A stretch of DNA of 57,988 nucleotides from an uncultured Acetobacter sp. (GTDB lineage Bacteria; Pseudomonadota; Alphaproteobacteria; Acetobacterales; Acetobacteraceae): assembly GCA_937875265.1 (NCBI GenBank), contig CALLXM010000326.1:1-57988 (forward strand). Reading direction: 5' to 3'. A program made the position numbers and the translations under genes. Positions 47,659-57,987 of this stretch are shown piece after piece (within the stretch, counting starts at the first letter, position 1; each line of letters begins with the position of its first letter). The notes below the pieces were generated by a model. That model saw only the letters and a list, made by a program, of their open reading frames with translations. It was not told the DNA's origin and searched no databases.

Positions 47659-48843
47659 TTATAGAGTGTCAGAGTTTGGATAAGGGACTAAAAAAAGCGT
47701 GATACAAAAATCCATAATATAAATAGAAGAAAGTATTATAAGAGCTTCTTTGTAAGAGGTTCTGGCTAGAATTAAGCCAAATACAGCAGGGCCAAACCCA
47801 CCTAATGCACGGCCAACACTCCAGAGCACGTTTTGGGCCGTGCTTCGTATTGTGGCGGGATATAGACTGGTTATCAGCGCGCCATAGCCGCCCATCATTC
47901 CATTTACAAAAAAGCCTGCCACGAACCCAGCCAGCAGAAGTGTCTGCGCTGAGGTCATGAGAGCATAAAATCCTACCGCAAGCATAGCAAAGCATTGATA
48001 AATCAAAAAACTTTTTTTTAGTCCAATTCGATCAGCCAATTGGCCAAATATAAAAACACCACTTATCATCCCGCAAACAGAAAATGCGGTCCAAACACCA
48101 GAAAGAGATAGAGAAAGATGGAAGTGTGTCACTAGGTAAGATGGCAGCCAGACCATCAGTCCATAATAGCCAAAATTTTGGATAGTGCTTAGGCTTAAAA
48201 TCGCAAAGCTTTTTCTACACATGTTTTTGTTACGGAATAAGTCCCATAAAGGAAACGACTTCCTTTTTAGAAGCTGCGTTTTTTTAAAAGCTTCCGGTTC
48301 TGGGAGTGAGTGGCGAACAAACCATACCATAATGGCTGGAGTGCCACCGATAACAAACATGCCGCGCCATCCAACATACGGTAGAAGGAAAGGCGTTAAC
48401 AGCGCTGCTGCGAGCACGCCAAACTGCCAGCTCATACCGACCCATGATGTAACGCGTCCACGCAAGGCAGGTGGGTAATATTCGGTCACTAATGCCATGC
48501 CAATACCGAATTCACACCCCAGACCAATGCCAGCACACACCCGCCAGATCAGCAGGTCTGAAAAGCCCTGAGAAAATGCACAAAGGAACGTGAAAAAAGA
48601 GAAAATAATAATGGCAAGACTAAGTGTGCATGCCCGCCCAATATAATCTCCAGCTATACCGAACAAGATACCGCCTATGGCACCACCAATAAGCGTCCAG
48701 GTCATGAGTGCGCCAGCCTGACCAGACGTGAGGTGCAGGGTTTGCATAATCTGGGGAAGCATGAAGCTCAGCATGATGATGTCGAAGCCGTCTATGGCAT
48801 AGCCAGACATTGCGGCAATAAGAGCGCGCCGTTGTAATTGCAT
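47659..48843 (-). CDS. MFS transporter (aromatic acid:H+ symporter-like)
   Basis: DGFD, GDYIGR, EYYPPALRG, LPEP, ADRIG, YPATIRSTA; about 12 TM segments. Confidence 0.9.
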   Translation of the reverse strand: MQLQRRALIAAMSGYAIDGFDIIMLSFMLPQIMQTLHLTSGQAGALMTWTLIGGAIGGILFGIAGDYIGRACTLSLAIIIFSFFTFLCAFSQGFSDLLIWRVCAGIGLGCEFGIGMALVTEYYPPALRGRVTSWVGMSWQFGVLAAALLTPFLLPYVGWRGMFVIGGTPAIMVWFVRHSLPEPEAFKKTQLLKRKSFPLWDLFRNKNMCRKSFAILSLSTIQNFGYYGLMVWLPSYLVTHFHLSLSLSGVWTAFSVCGMISGVFIFGQLADRIGLKKSFLIYQCFAMLAVGFYALMTSAQTLLLAGFVAGFFVNGMMGGYGALITSLYPATIRSTAQNVLWSVGRALGGFGPAVFGLILARTSYKEALIILSSIYIMDFCITLFLVPYPNSDTL

Positions 48844-49160
48844 AAAAACATCCAAGAAAACTTGATAGACAAATCGTGATAAAAGCCTTTTGTCTATTGA
48901 CGCTCTTACACGAGATAATTGAGGAGAGGATATTATTCTGATAACGATACAATTAAAAGAAAAAATTTCCTGTCACTTCCCATAAATTCTATTCGAGGGT
49001 TATTCTGATGCTATAAGCGAACTTAATAGTAGAATTTATAAATACATAGGTGTTTTAAAAAATATTATAGAGAGGACTATAAGAAAAAATCTATTAAATT
49101 TCTAGATACATTGTATATTTTGTTAACAAAATAATTATATTTATTTAAAGGTGCTGGTGA

Positions 49161-50114
49161 TTAAACATAGAATAAAATTTTCTTTTTTTCATATTTTGCT
49201 TTACAGCCGAGTAAAAAAGAAACCGCTTGAGCAAAATCATTAATCTTGAGCAAATCGAAACTTCCTGAAATTTTTCTTTGGTTAAGGGTGCTGCTGGAAA
49301 TCAAACACTGTGTATCAGAATACTGATTAAACTCTTCCACAGCAGCTTGAAGAGTAGAGTTATTCAAAATAATCTGCCCATTACGCCATGCTTTCTGCAT
49401 AAGAGAGGCGTCTCCCGTAAGAGGGCTACTTGCAATAAGTTCAGTTCGTGCATTTTCTCTGTTGGAAAAATAAAAGATTTGAGGTGACTCTATGGTTTGT
49501 GGAAGCTTACCTCTCAGCCAGTGAACACTTCCAGCATATAGGGATAGAATGATTGTCTGATCATGAAGTTTAATATCAAAATCTGCTTCTTTACCTCTAA
49601 GCTTCAATGCGCCAGCCGAAATCCAGGTTGGTTGTAGGGAGAGTTGCAGACCAATACGTCCCTCAGAAACCTGCATAATATTTTTTGAATTATAAGAGGA
49701 GAAGTAGGCACCAGAGCGTGCATCTACCGTCACGCCATTGCCGTTCCAGATATAGTGTTGTGGGGCCTGACGTCCTCTAGACCGCATGACAAATTGATCA
49801 TGTGCTTTTTGAGGTAAGCATAACCCAGCAAATCCGGCAGCAAAAGCTGTCACCATAAATCGTCGACGGCTTGGCTGAGGAAGGGAGGACGTTACCGTTG
49901 GCACCTCATGGCAAGATGTTTTTCTATAATTTAATGATTGGTAAATGCTTTTTGCCTGTACATAGGCCCCAAGATTGCGGGGGTCGGTGTTCAGCCACAT
50001 AGTCAGCGCCTGTTGCTCACTCTGAGAGAGTTCGCGGGCATCACCTAGAGCAACCCAGTGCGTCGCTTCGTCCTGACGTTTCTTGCCGTCTGCTACGGGA
50101 GAAGAGTACAGCAA
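49161..50114 (-). CDS. FecR-like anti-sigma factor/transmembrane sensor
   Basis: N-terminal EATHWV...WLNTDPRNLGAY, central SRRRF plus TM segment, C-terminal AWRNGQIIL..L.AAVEEFNQY, ISGSF. Confidence 0.85.
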   Translation of the reverse strand: MLYSSPVADGKKRQDEATHWVALGDARELSQSEQQALTMWLNTDPRNLGAYVQAKSIYQSLNYRKTSCHEVPTVTSSLPQPSRRRFMVTAFAAGFAGLCLPQKAHDQFVMRSRGRQAPQHYIWNGNGVTVDARSGAYFSSYNSKNIMQVSEGRIGLQLSLQPTWISAGALKLRGKEADFDIKLHDQTIILSLYAGSVHWLRGKLPQTIESPQIFYFSNRENARTELIASSPLTGDASLMQKAWRNGQIILNNSTLQAAVEEFNQYSDTQCLISSSTLNQRKISGSFDLLKINDFAQAVSFLLGCKAKYEKKKILFYV

Positions 50115-50210
50115 GTAAATCTCGTTTTGTTAGAAAATTTAAAATCAGAGCACAAAATAACAGCTATCCAAACATGACACAATAGTAAGGGTATGGCTTT
50201 TTCCGGGATT

Positions 50211-50810
50211 CTACCCGACGTTTTGGCCAGATTCTATCAGTGTCTGTAATCCACGGCTAATGTGCCTCTCAACTGTCCGAAGTGAAAGCCCAAGCTGTTG
50301 AGCTATAGATGCATGACTATAATTATATATTTTTCGAAGAATAAAAACATCCTTGCATGGACTGGGGAGTGTCATCATCTGCTCTTTTAGCCAGTCAAGC
50401 TGCTGGCGAGCTAAAAAATTCTGCTCCGGGTCCGGCCTGCTATCAGCGACATTGTGTGCTTCCAGACCCAGGTTTGCATTAATGTAAATAATTTTTGACC
50501 GTCTGGCATATTCGATCACAAGATTTCGTGCGCAGGAAAAAAAATAAGCGCGCCCATTTTGGATATCCCGATAGGGAACTGAACAAAATCGTGCGTAACA
50601 TTCCTGAATAATGTCATCAGCAGCAATGCCTGAAAGTGTAGTCCGATTAAGCCATCGGCGTATTGCAGGTTCATGCGGCATGACGTCCTGAGTGATCCAT
50701 GCCATGCGCTCTGCATCCGGCAAACAGGGTGTTTCGTCACTTTCTGGTTGTGGGGAATATCCTGTGTTCTGCATGTCTGTACCGTTATTGAGAGGTGCAT
50801 CCATGGGCAT
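50211..50810 (-). CDS. ECF sigma-70 factor (FecI-like)
   Basis: Region 2 ADDIIQECY..AYFFSCARNLVIE; region 4 LPSPCKDVFILRK..SHASIAQQLGLSLRTVERHISRG. Exact start uncertain. Confidence 0.9.
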   Translation of the reverse strand: MPMDAPLNNGTDMQNTGYSPQPESDETPCLPDAERMAWITQDVMPHEPAIRRWLNRTTLSGIAADDIIQECYARFCSVPYRDIQNGRAYFFSCARNLVIEYARRSKIIYINANLGLEAHNVADSRPDPEQNFLARQQLDWLKEQMMTLPSPCKDVFILRKIYNYSHASIAQQLGLSLRTVERHISRGLQTLIESGQNVG

Positions 50811-50963
50811 GAGAGTGTTTTACCATCAGGAAAGGGCCGGGCGTGACAGTGACTTACACTGCACGCGCTACATGAAGCAAGCCCGATTGAGGGAGGATAA
50901 ATTCTTGTTGTAACATGCTGTTCCAAAAAGAATTTAGCACCGTCCAATACGAAAAAAACTCTT

Positions 50964-50981
50964 CTGTCACAAAACCTTAAC
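50964..50981 (+). promoter_or_regulatory. Pho-box-like direct repeat upstream of the TonB-dependent transducer
   Basis: CTGTCAC-AAAA-CCTTAAC with 11-bp periodicity, versus the PhoB consensus CTGTCAT-A(A/T)A(T/A)-CTGT(C/A)A(C/T). Confidence 0.4.
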
Positions 50982-51074
50982 ACAACTTCTGACCCTTTTG
51001 AGGGGGGAAACCATGATGGTTGTTCATCTTAGAGGGTGAATTTTGCACAGTCCTCCGAAGGTAATGTTTCCCTC

Positions 51075-53630
51075 ATGCGTTCAGTCAAGACAATCAGCAC
51101 ACTGACATTGCTGTCCTCTGCCGTCACATGCAACATGGCGTTTGGGGCTACGCACATGTTCAATATTCCAGCAGGAACAGTTCCAGAAGCTCTTTCTATT
51201 TTTCAGAAGCAGTCAGGCTCTGGTGTTATCGCAAAAGCGAAAGACTTTCATAACGTTAGAGTATCGTCTGTTCATGGACTAATGGATGACCAGACAGCAT
51301 TGCAAAAGCTGCTTTCTGGAACATCTCTAAAGGTCAGCAGACAGAACCAAGGTTCTCATTTTGTTATTGTAGAACGAAAATTACCGTTTGAAGCAAAAGC
51401 TAGTGGCGAAAATGTGGACGTTGTAGAGCGTCGCAAATCAGCCGGTGGCGGTATGATGGTAAAGCACACCACGCCGAGAACTGTCAGTTCTCTGTCTCAC
51501 TCCTATATCGAGATGCAGTCTCCGACTTCGACCATTGAGTCTCTTATTCAAACACTGCCAGGTGTGGTTTCTGCCAGTGAAGGCCCGCTGACAACGTCTT
51601 TTTCAACCATCCACATTCGCGGCATGTCGCAGCCGGAAATAGGCGTCACTCTGGAGGGAATGCCTGCGGCTAATCCCTTTACATACAGCACTTACACGCC
51701 CTCACTGGTGGACAGTGAGAACATAGGCCAGGTCAATGTGATGCAAGGGGCGGTTGATATCAACTCGCCTACCTATAATGCAACCGGTGCTGAAATTTCA
51801 GCGTCAATCCGCCGTCCGACGGATCATCAGAATATCCATATAGCTGGGTCAGGCGGTTCATACGGCACCAATAAAGACTTCATCCGATACGATACAGGAG
51901 AAATCGGGCATTCTGGGGTAAGGGCATTTGCATCAGGCTCTTATGCGCGCAGTGACATGTGGCGTGGTGATGGTAATATCCAAAAATGGCACGTTGATGC
52001 CGCACTGACAAAAAGCTGGGCAGCCAATAGTAATTCCGAAGTGGTTTTTGGTTTTACCAAGGCGCAGCAGGGGGAGTGGCTCTATCCGTCTCTGGCAAAC
52101 TGGAAAACATATGGGGTGAACTACGGCCTTAATAACCAGTACTATAATGGGGATACTCATTATTCAGGTCTAAATGGAAAAAATACTGGTGCTATTTATG
52201 GTGCGTTAAAAAATCATTTTTCATTCGGCCACGGTTTAAGTCTTGATGCGGAAGCCTATTCCGTAGAATTTCACGGCCCCTACACGTATGGGGAAACTGT
52301 GCCTGTTTCAAACGGTTATGCCGGAGCAGAAAAATATAAACATCTCGATAACTATCAAAATCTTCCTGGGTATGATCCCGCGGTCAGTAAATTGACCTCT
52401 GTTGAGGTTTCAGATTGGTACACATTATCTTCCGGCCTCACTCTTACAGGGCGTTGGAAGCATAAATTTAATACGTTAAGCCTGACATACTGGTATTCCT
52501 ATGCACAGGAAGCGGCGAGCCAGAATTTTTATCCTGTGAATAGCAAGGGAGGGTGGAACGCCCATGGTGCGCCGTTAACCGCTAACGGCGGTCAGCTAAT
52601 TAGTGAAGATAACGAAAATGGTTTACAACAGCTTAATAGTTTTTCTGTTGATGACAAAATGAGCTTCCTGCATGGTCATCTGACGATTGACGGCGGGATT
52701 AGAATGGCGATGGCTAACCGCCAGTATACGCAGGATCTGCCGGGTGTTGTCGGGAGCAATTATAAGTCGATTAAGAATGTTTTCGTACCTGCCCCACAGG
52801 TTCTTATCAACTATAATTTTAATTCTCAGCATCAGATTTATGTAAATGGTACAACAGGTTACCATCTTCCTGCATCACTAAGTTCACAGTTGGCGTCTTA
52901 TAGCTATTCAACAGGAAAGCCCACTTCGCTCCCCATGTCGGATTACAAGCCGGAATACATGATTACCGAAGAGATTGGTTATCGGTATAATGGATTTTTG
53001 TCGGCCAATGTCGCTGGTTTCCATTACAATGTTACAAACCATCAAGTCTCGGCTGAGAGTTACGAGCCTGGATCAACCTCTACCATTTCTCAGTTGATCA
53101 ATGCAGGGGGAATGGAAGCGTATGGGATTCAAGCCGAACTGGCAACGCACCCCTGGCACCATGTGAGTTTCTATGCCTCCGGCCAGTATATGCACACTAA
53201 AAATGGGAATAATATTGCTTACGAAGGCGATTATCTTGCCACAAAAGGCAAGCAGGAAGTTGGAGCGCCTAAATTCTCCGGTTCACTGGGACTAACATAT
53301 AATGATGGCTTATGGTTTGGTAATTTTACGCTGCAATATACAGATTCCCAGTACTCTACATTGATGAACGATCAGAGCATCCCCAGTTATGTTAGCGCTA
53401 ACCTGGCTGTTGGACGGCAACTGCCGAAGATTGGTCACGTTCAGCCAAAAATCAGGATCAATCTCGTCAATTTGGGAGATAATCATTATCTGTCTTCTAT
53501 GTATGGATACACGACCAACGCACAAACGCAGCATGGTGTTGTGACAGGCAAAAGTTTTTCGGGATCGCAGCCGACTTATGTGATTGCATCTCCTTTTGTG
53601 GTGATGGCAACATTTTCTGCTGATTTTTAA
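51075..53630 (+). CDS. TonB-dependent receptor with N-terminal STN signalling domain (transducer)
   Basis: Signal peptide, STN FNIPAGTVPEALSIFQKQSG...ALQKLLSGTSL, GGGMM, IRGMSQPEIG, C-terminal SADF. Confidence 0.92.
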   Translation: MRSVKTISTLTLLSSAVTCNMAFGATHMFNIPAGTVPEALSIFQKQSGSGVIAKAKDFHNVRVSSVHGLMDDQTALQKLLSGTSLKVSRQNQGSHFVIVERKLPFEAKASGENVDVVERRKSAGGGMMVKHTTPRTVSSLSHSYIEMQSPTSTIESLIQTLPGVVSASEGPLTTSFSTIHIRGMSQPEIGVTLEGMPAANPFTYSTYTPSLVDSENIGQVNVMQGAVDINSPTYNATGAEISASIRRPTDHQNIHIAGSGGSYGTNKDFIRYDTGEIGHSGVRAFASGSYARSDMWRGDGNIQKWHVDAALTKSWAANSNSEVVFGFTKAQQGEWLYPSLANWKTYGVNYGLNNQYYNGDTHYSGLNGKNTGAIYGALKNHFSFGHGLSLDAEAYSVEFHGPYTYGETVPVSNGYAGAEKYKHLDNYQNLPGYDPAVSKLTSVEVSDWYTLSSGLTLTGRWKHKFNTLSLTYWYSYAQEAASQNFYPVNSKGGWNAHGAPLTANGGQLISEDNENGLQQLNSFSVDDKMSFLHGHLTIDGGIRMAMANRQYTQDLPGVVGSNYKSIKNVFVPAPQVLINYNFNSQHQIYVNGTTGYHLPASLSSQLASYSYSTGKPTSLPMSDYKPEYMITEEIGYRYNGFLSANVAGFHYNVTNHQVSAESYEPGSTSTISQLINAGGMEAYGIQAELATHPWHHVSFYASGQYMHTKNGNNIAYEGDYLATKGKQEVGAPKFSGSLGLTYNDGLWFGNFTLQYTDSQYSTLMNDQSIPSYVSANLAVGRQLPKIGHVQPKIRINLVNLGDNHYLSSMYGYTTNAQTQHGVVTGKSFSGSQPTYVIASPFVVMATFSADF

Positions 53631-53670
53631 GAGTGACGGTTTCTTAGACAATACACTGCAAGCTGTCTTT

Positions 53671-53708
53671 TCCCTGTCGGCGCATCATGAAGTTAACGTC
53701 GATAGGGG
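53671..53708 (+). other. Intercistronic RNA hairpin between the transducer and plc
   Basis: TCCCTGTCGGCG / CGTCGATAGGGG, fully paired using G-U pairs on the plus strand; no U tract. Confidence 0.4.
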
Positions 53709-53806
53709 CATAATTTTAAAGCACACTGTCGCGGCTCCTCCATCGGACTTATCAAAAATTGGGTGGATGGCCTGTTTTGTAACATGAATTGGACGATACG
53801 CAGATC

Positions 53807-56305
53807 ATGGCAACACGTAGAGATTTCCTGAAATATGCGCTCATGTCCGGGGCTGCAGCGAGTTCCAGTGCGGTATTACCGGAATCTATCCGCCGTGCAT
53901 TTGCTATTGCGCCAGATGCGGGGTCGACATGGAAAGATGCGGAGCATGTTGTGATCCTTATGCAGGAAAACAGATCGTTCGATCATGTCTTTGGAACACT
54001 GCAAGGCGTTCGTGGTTTTAATGATCCGCGCGGCATGCGCCAGCCAAACGGCAATCCGGTCTTTGTGCAGTCCAGCCAGTCTGGTGAAACCTATATGCCT
54101 TGGCGGCTGAATATTCGGGATACCCGGGTAACGTGGATGGGCTCTATCCCACATTCTCGCGATAGTCAGGTGGATGCCTGGCACAATGGCGGGCATGACC
54201 AGTGGATTGACGCTAAAAAATCACATCATAAAGGATATGACCGTTATCCTTTGACGATGGGGTATTACACGCGCGAAGATCTGCCTTTCTATTATGCGCT
54301 TGCAGATGCATTTACTGTTTGTGACCAGAATTATTGCGGTGCCATGACCAGCACGACGCCCAATCGTCTGTTGTTTATGACGGGAACGGTGCGCGATCGC
54401 CAGGAGACATCGTCCAGTGTCTATATGCGCAACGGGGAGATTCTCGAAGGGGGGATGACGTGGAGCACCTTTCCTGAAAGGCTTGAAAAGGCTGGTATAT
54501 CATGGAGGTATTATCAGAATGAACTGACCCAGACAGGTGGCATGAGTGACGAAGAGCGCGGCTGGCTGGGTAATTTTGGAACCAACGTACTGGAATGTTT
54601 TGACCAGTATGTTGTCTCTGCCAATCCGGGATTTGATGACTGGCTTGATGCACGTATCAGTGATTGCCAGAACCATCTGGAGCGCCTGAATAGCCGGGAA
54701 ATGCTGATATCAGAAACACAGGCGGAAAAACTGTCCGAAGCACGTCTGCTGCTGGACGTCCTGATGCAACGAAAGGAGCAGGCCGCTAAGACACGCGGGA
54801 AGCTGACATCTGATGAGCGAGCTCTATTTGAGAAAGCCTTTGTTATCAACAAAGGTGATAAAAATTATCGCGAACTGGAAAAACTCACTTTTCAGGATGG
54901 AGCAAAATCCATCAGCATGAAAGCACCGAAAGGTGACATCCTGTATCAATTTCGTCAGGATGTAAAAGAAAGTAAGCTTCCCACCGTATCATGGCTTTCA
55001 GCGCCCGGGCATTTCTCAGATCATCCAACTTCACCATGGTATGGGGCATGGTATGTCTCAGAGGTGATGGATATTCTTACAGAAAATCCTGAAGTTTGGA
55101 AAAAGACGATTTTCATTATTACTTATGATGAAAATGATGGATATTTTGACCACTGTTGCTCTTATGTGGCGCCAGACCCCACACGCCCCGAAACTGGGCT
55201 TTCGTCCAGCAGCATTGGAGGGGAGGGGCTTGAATACACGACTGCGCAAGATGAAATTGCCAGAGGGGTACCTGAGCATCTGGCCCGTAGCGGCCCAATT
55301 GGACTTGGTTTTCGTGTGCCTATGATCGTCGCTTCTCCCTGGAGCAGGGGAGGGTGGGTTAACTCACAGTTGTTTGAGCATACTTCTACGTTGCGTTTTC
55401 TAGAAAAATTTGTTCAGGAAAAATTTGGGAAAAATATTACCGAAACAAACATTTCACCATGGCGGCGTGCCATCAGTGGTGATCTGACATCATGCTTTCG
55501 TACCCATGATGGATCGATACCAGTCTTGCCGTATCTGAAGCGTAACACATATTTGCATATGATTGAGGATGCGAAAGATCGGCCCATGCCCAGCGGCTTC
55601 CGTGCGCTTGAAGTCGATGAAATTGCGGAACTACGTATTAATCCAGAAAAAATGTATGAGACTATTCGGCAGGAGCCAGGTGTTCGTCCGGCCTGTGCGC
55701 TACCCTATGAACCCTATTGTGATGGTGGTGTCAGTGCGGATGGCCAAAGTATTATGCTGCGCTTAGAAGCCGGCACAGCGTTATACGGTCGGCATGCTGC
55801 CGGTTTGCCTTTTAACGTCTACTGTTACACCAATCCGGCAAGTAACAGCATGCAGTCCGGCACGTATGCTGTTGCCGCAGGCGATACGTTGAATGCCGCA
55901 TTTGAGATGTCTGCTTTTTCACAAGGTCAGTATGATTTAGAGGTGCATGCACCGAACGGTTTTTATCGTCGCTACAAGGGGCAACAGCATGGCCTTAGGA
56001 TAGAGGCATCCTGCAGTTATCTGGCTGGCCAGAAGAAAGACATCGTTTTGCATGTGGCTAATCACGGGAAGAAGACTGTCGAGCTTATCTGTATCTTAAA
56101 AGGCGACTCTCTCACGCGGACCGTGCACCTCGTTGCCGGGCAGACACAGGCTATAGCATTTGATCTCGCTGCACATGCCATGTGGTATGATATTACAGTA
56201 TCTACCAGAGACGAGGCTGAATTTCTGTATCACTTTTCCGGTCGGGTTGAAACAACCCGACCCGGGAGGACGGATACAGTAATGGGAAGATTACAGGCCG
56301 ACTAA
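53807..56305 (+). CDS. Tat-exported phospholipase C/phosphoesterase (PlcN/AcpA family) with C-terminal DUF756-like domains
   Basis: Tat signal TRRDFLK, HVVILMQENRSFDH, TSTTPNR, YDENDGYFDH, GLGFRVPMIVASPWSRGG, FEHTSTLRF, HAPNGFYR, GRVET. Confidence 0.93.
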   Translation: MATRRDFLKYALMSGAAASSSAVLPESIRRAFAIAPDAGSTWKDAEHVVILMQENRSFDHVFGTLQGVRGFNDPRGMRQPNGNPVFVQSSQSGETYMPWRLNIRDTRVTWMGSIPHSRDSQVDAWHNGGHDQWIDAKKSHHKGYDRYPLTMGYYTREDLPFYYALADAFTVCDQNYCGAMTSTTPNRLLFMTGTVRDRQETSSSVYMRNGEILEGGMTWSTFPERLEKAGISWRYYQNELTQTGGMSDEERGWLGNFGTNVLECFDQYVVSANPGFDDWLDARISDCQNHLERLNSREMLISETQAEKLSEARLLLDVLMQRKEQAAKTRGKLTSDERALFEKAFVINKGDKNYRELEKLTFQDGAKSISMKAPKGDILYQFRQDVKESKLPTVSWLSAPGHFSDHPTSPWYGAWYVSEVMDILTENPEVWKKTIFIITYDENDGYFDHCCSYVAPDPTRPETGLSSSSIGGEGLEYTTAQDEIARGVPEHLARSGPIGLGFRVPMIVASPWSRGGWVNSQLFEHTSTLRFLEKFVQEKFGKNITETNISPWRRAISGDLTSCFRTHDGSIPVLPYLKRNTYLHMIEDAKDRPMPSGFRALEVDEIAELRINPEKMYETIRQEPGVRPACALPYEPYCDGGVSADGQSIMLRLEAGTALYGRHAAGLPFNVYCYTNPASNSMQSGTYAVAAGDTLNAAFEMSAFSQGQYDLEVHAPNGFYRRYKGQQHGLRIEASCSYLAGQKKDIVLHVANHGKKTVELICILKGDSLTRTVHLVAGQTQAIAFDLAAHAMWYDITVSTRDEAEFLYHFSGRVETTRPGRTDTVMGRLQAD

Positions 56306-56325
56306 AATTAAGGTAGCCTGCTGAA

Positions 56326-57987
56326 TCAGGCTGGGCAATGAGGCCGTTTATCAGCAGACCACCTCTGATATTTCGTCAAACAAGATGCGTCAGTCAGACT
56401 GCCATAAACATCCGCTTTTCCTATAGCTTGCGTATGCGTGTAGCGGCTGCAAGCTTTGATCTGGACGGCCAGAAGGGTAAAGCCGCAGGCTTTGCGTTCA
56501 CCCAAAGGAAGTAGGGCATTTCCTGCTGTCCAGCGAATGTCTTTGCATTCCAGCCCGTTCCAGCCATCGAGGTTTTTTTCAGATAGATGAGCCGTGATGG
56601 TATGGGTCTTACCGTTTTCGAGCATTGTTATCTCACCGACCGCCACTCCAAAATAACGGCGGTCATCTACAAACGGACCTATGACATCACAAGGGCGGCT
56701 CGCACGGGAGACAAGACGTAAGGTCTGCACTCCTGTCGGGATTATGAACATGACCCGACCATTATGTTCGCGGATTTGGTGGATGATTGTGCCTTTTTCA
56801 GTCACAAGGTGTAGATCGGGTTCGTCGGAGAATGCAGGTGCTTCCGTCTGTGGTCGATAACCTGTTTTGTTTGCGCGCGCTTCGATACGACGAAACACTG
56901 GTTCAACATGCTCACGTGACACACCCAGAGGCGCAGTTGCATCATTCCATGTAAGGTTACGGGATCGCGTGAAAGATACCACATTACCTTTTTGCTGGAA
57001 GGCGCCACGGTTGCCTGTATCGAGGTAGCTTTCCGTGAGCATGCCATCAGCCATTATGATGGAATGCTCTTCAGTTTCTATGTGATAGTAGTCATAGGAA
57101 ATAAACGACTTATCGTAGAAGATCGAAAGACCGTTCACAAGCATCCGGGCAGGGATAAATATTCCGCCAAAGAACAGAGCATGTTCGGCTGTAATCAACA
57201 TATCTTTGAAGGGCACACCAGCTGTAATAGCATTTTTTAGAATGCGCACAGGGTATCCAGCCTCATCATCCGGCAGGTTGGGTCGAATATTACAGTGTGA
57301 CTGGCCCGCCCAGGTCACACGGCGATTTTCAGAGCGTCCGTTGACGAAGGTGATCACCTCATCGCCTTGACGAATGTCCTGTATTGCCCGGTTGCCGGAC
57401 GGAGTGGAAACCATACTGTCTGTCAGGAAACAGACTTCATAAAGCAGACTGCCATCTGGTGCTGAGTCCAGCGCAAAGCCATGGCTGGCAACACCGAGAA
57501 TATTAAGCGTGATGTCCGCCCCACCATTAAGGTGCAATATGACGTGGTCGGTATCAGAATATGTTACTGATGTGACGTCATCTGTGTTGAGGCCAGCTAT
57601 TTCTATACTGTCAGACTGATCGCCGGATGTTCCCTCAAATCCACTTATGACTGTTGTCAGTGTACCGCCGGAAGACAATCCTGAAACGGTCAAGTCAACA
57701 TTGTTATCGCCATCCATAACAATGGCTCCACTAACATTTGCCCAGATATTTGCAACCGCCCCACCTTTGAGTGTGAGGGTGCCATCCAGAGTGGCATCAT
57801 TTTCAAGGGTAATTCTGCCTCCGTTACTGACCACAGTATCGGTTGCGCTACCACTGACGTCTAGAATGCCACCACTGTTTACGGTCGCTCCAGATAAAAT
57901 TCCGCCATTAGAGACAAAGATTTCCGCACCGTTATTAACAGTTATGTCAGATACACCCCCTCCATAGGAGACAAAAATTTCGCCGCC
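56326..57987 (-). CDS. Hint (Hint_2, intein-like) domain protein with AIDA-like repeats, 5'-truncated by the window edge
   Basis: The frame is open to the window end with ~19-aa repeats (GGEIFVSYGGGVSDITVNN GAEIFVSNGGILSGATVNS GG). Hint motifs: EV|CFLTDSMVSTPSG, YPVRI, ITAEHALF, YYHIETEEH, ADGMLTESY. Confidence 0.9.
   Translation of the reverse strand, partial: GGEIFVSYGGGVSDITVNNGAEIFVSNGGILSGATVNSGGILDVSGSATDTVVSNGGRITLENDATLDGTLTLKGGAVANIWANVSGAIVMDGDNNVDLTVSGLSSGGTLTTVISGFEGTSGDQSDSIEIAGLNTDDVTSVTYSDTDHVILHLNGGADITLNILGVASHGFALDSAPDGSLLYEVCFLTDSMVSTPSGNRAIQDIRQGDEVITFVNGRSENRRVTWAGQSHCNIRPNLPDDEAGYPVRILKNAITAGVPFKDMLITAEHALFFGGIFIPARMLVNGLSIFYDKSFISYDYYHIETEEHSIIMADGMLTESYLDTGNRGAFQQKGNVVSFTRSRNLTWNDATAPLGVSREHVEPVFRRIEARANKTGYRPQTEAPAFSDEPDLHLVTEKGTIIHQIREHNGRVMFIIPTGVQTLRLVSRASRPCDVIGPFVDDRRYFGVAVGEITMLENGKTHTITAHLSEKNLDGWNGLECKDIRWTAGNALLPLGERKACGFTLLAVQIKACSRYTHTQAIGKADVYGSLTDASCLTKYQRWSADKRPHCPA

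Noticed and set aside
49840-49880. SRRRF in FecR as a possible Tat signal of a separate protein
   Set aside because: It is internal and directly before the TM helix, a common positive-inside feature of FecR proteins.
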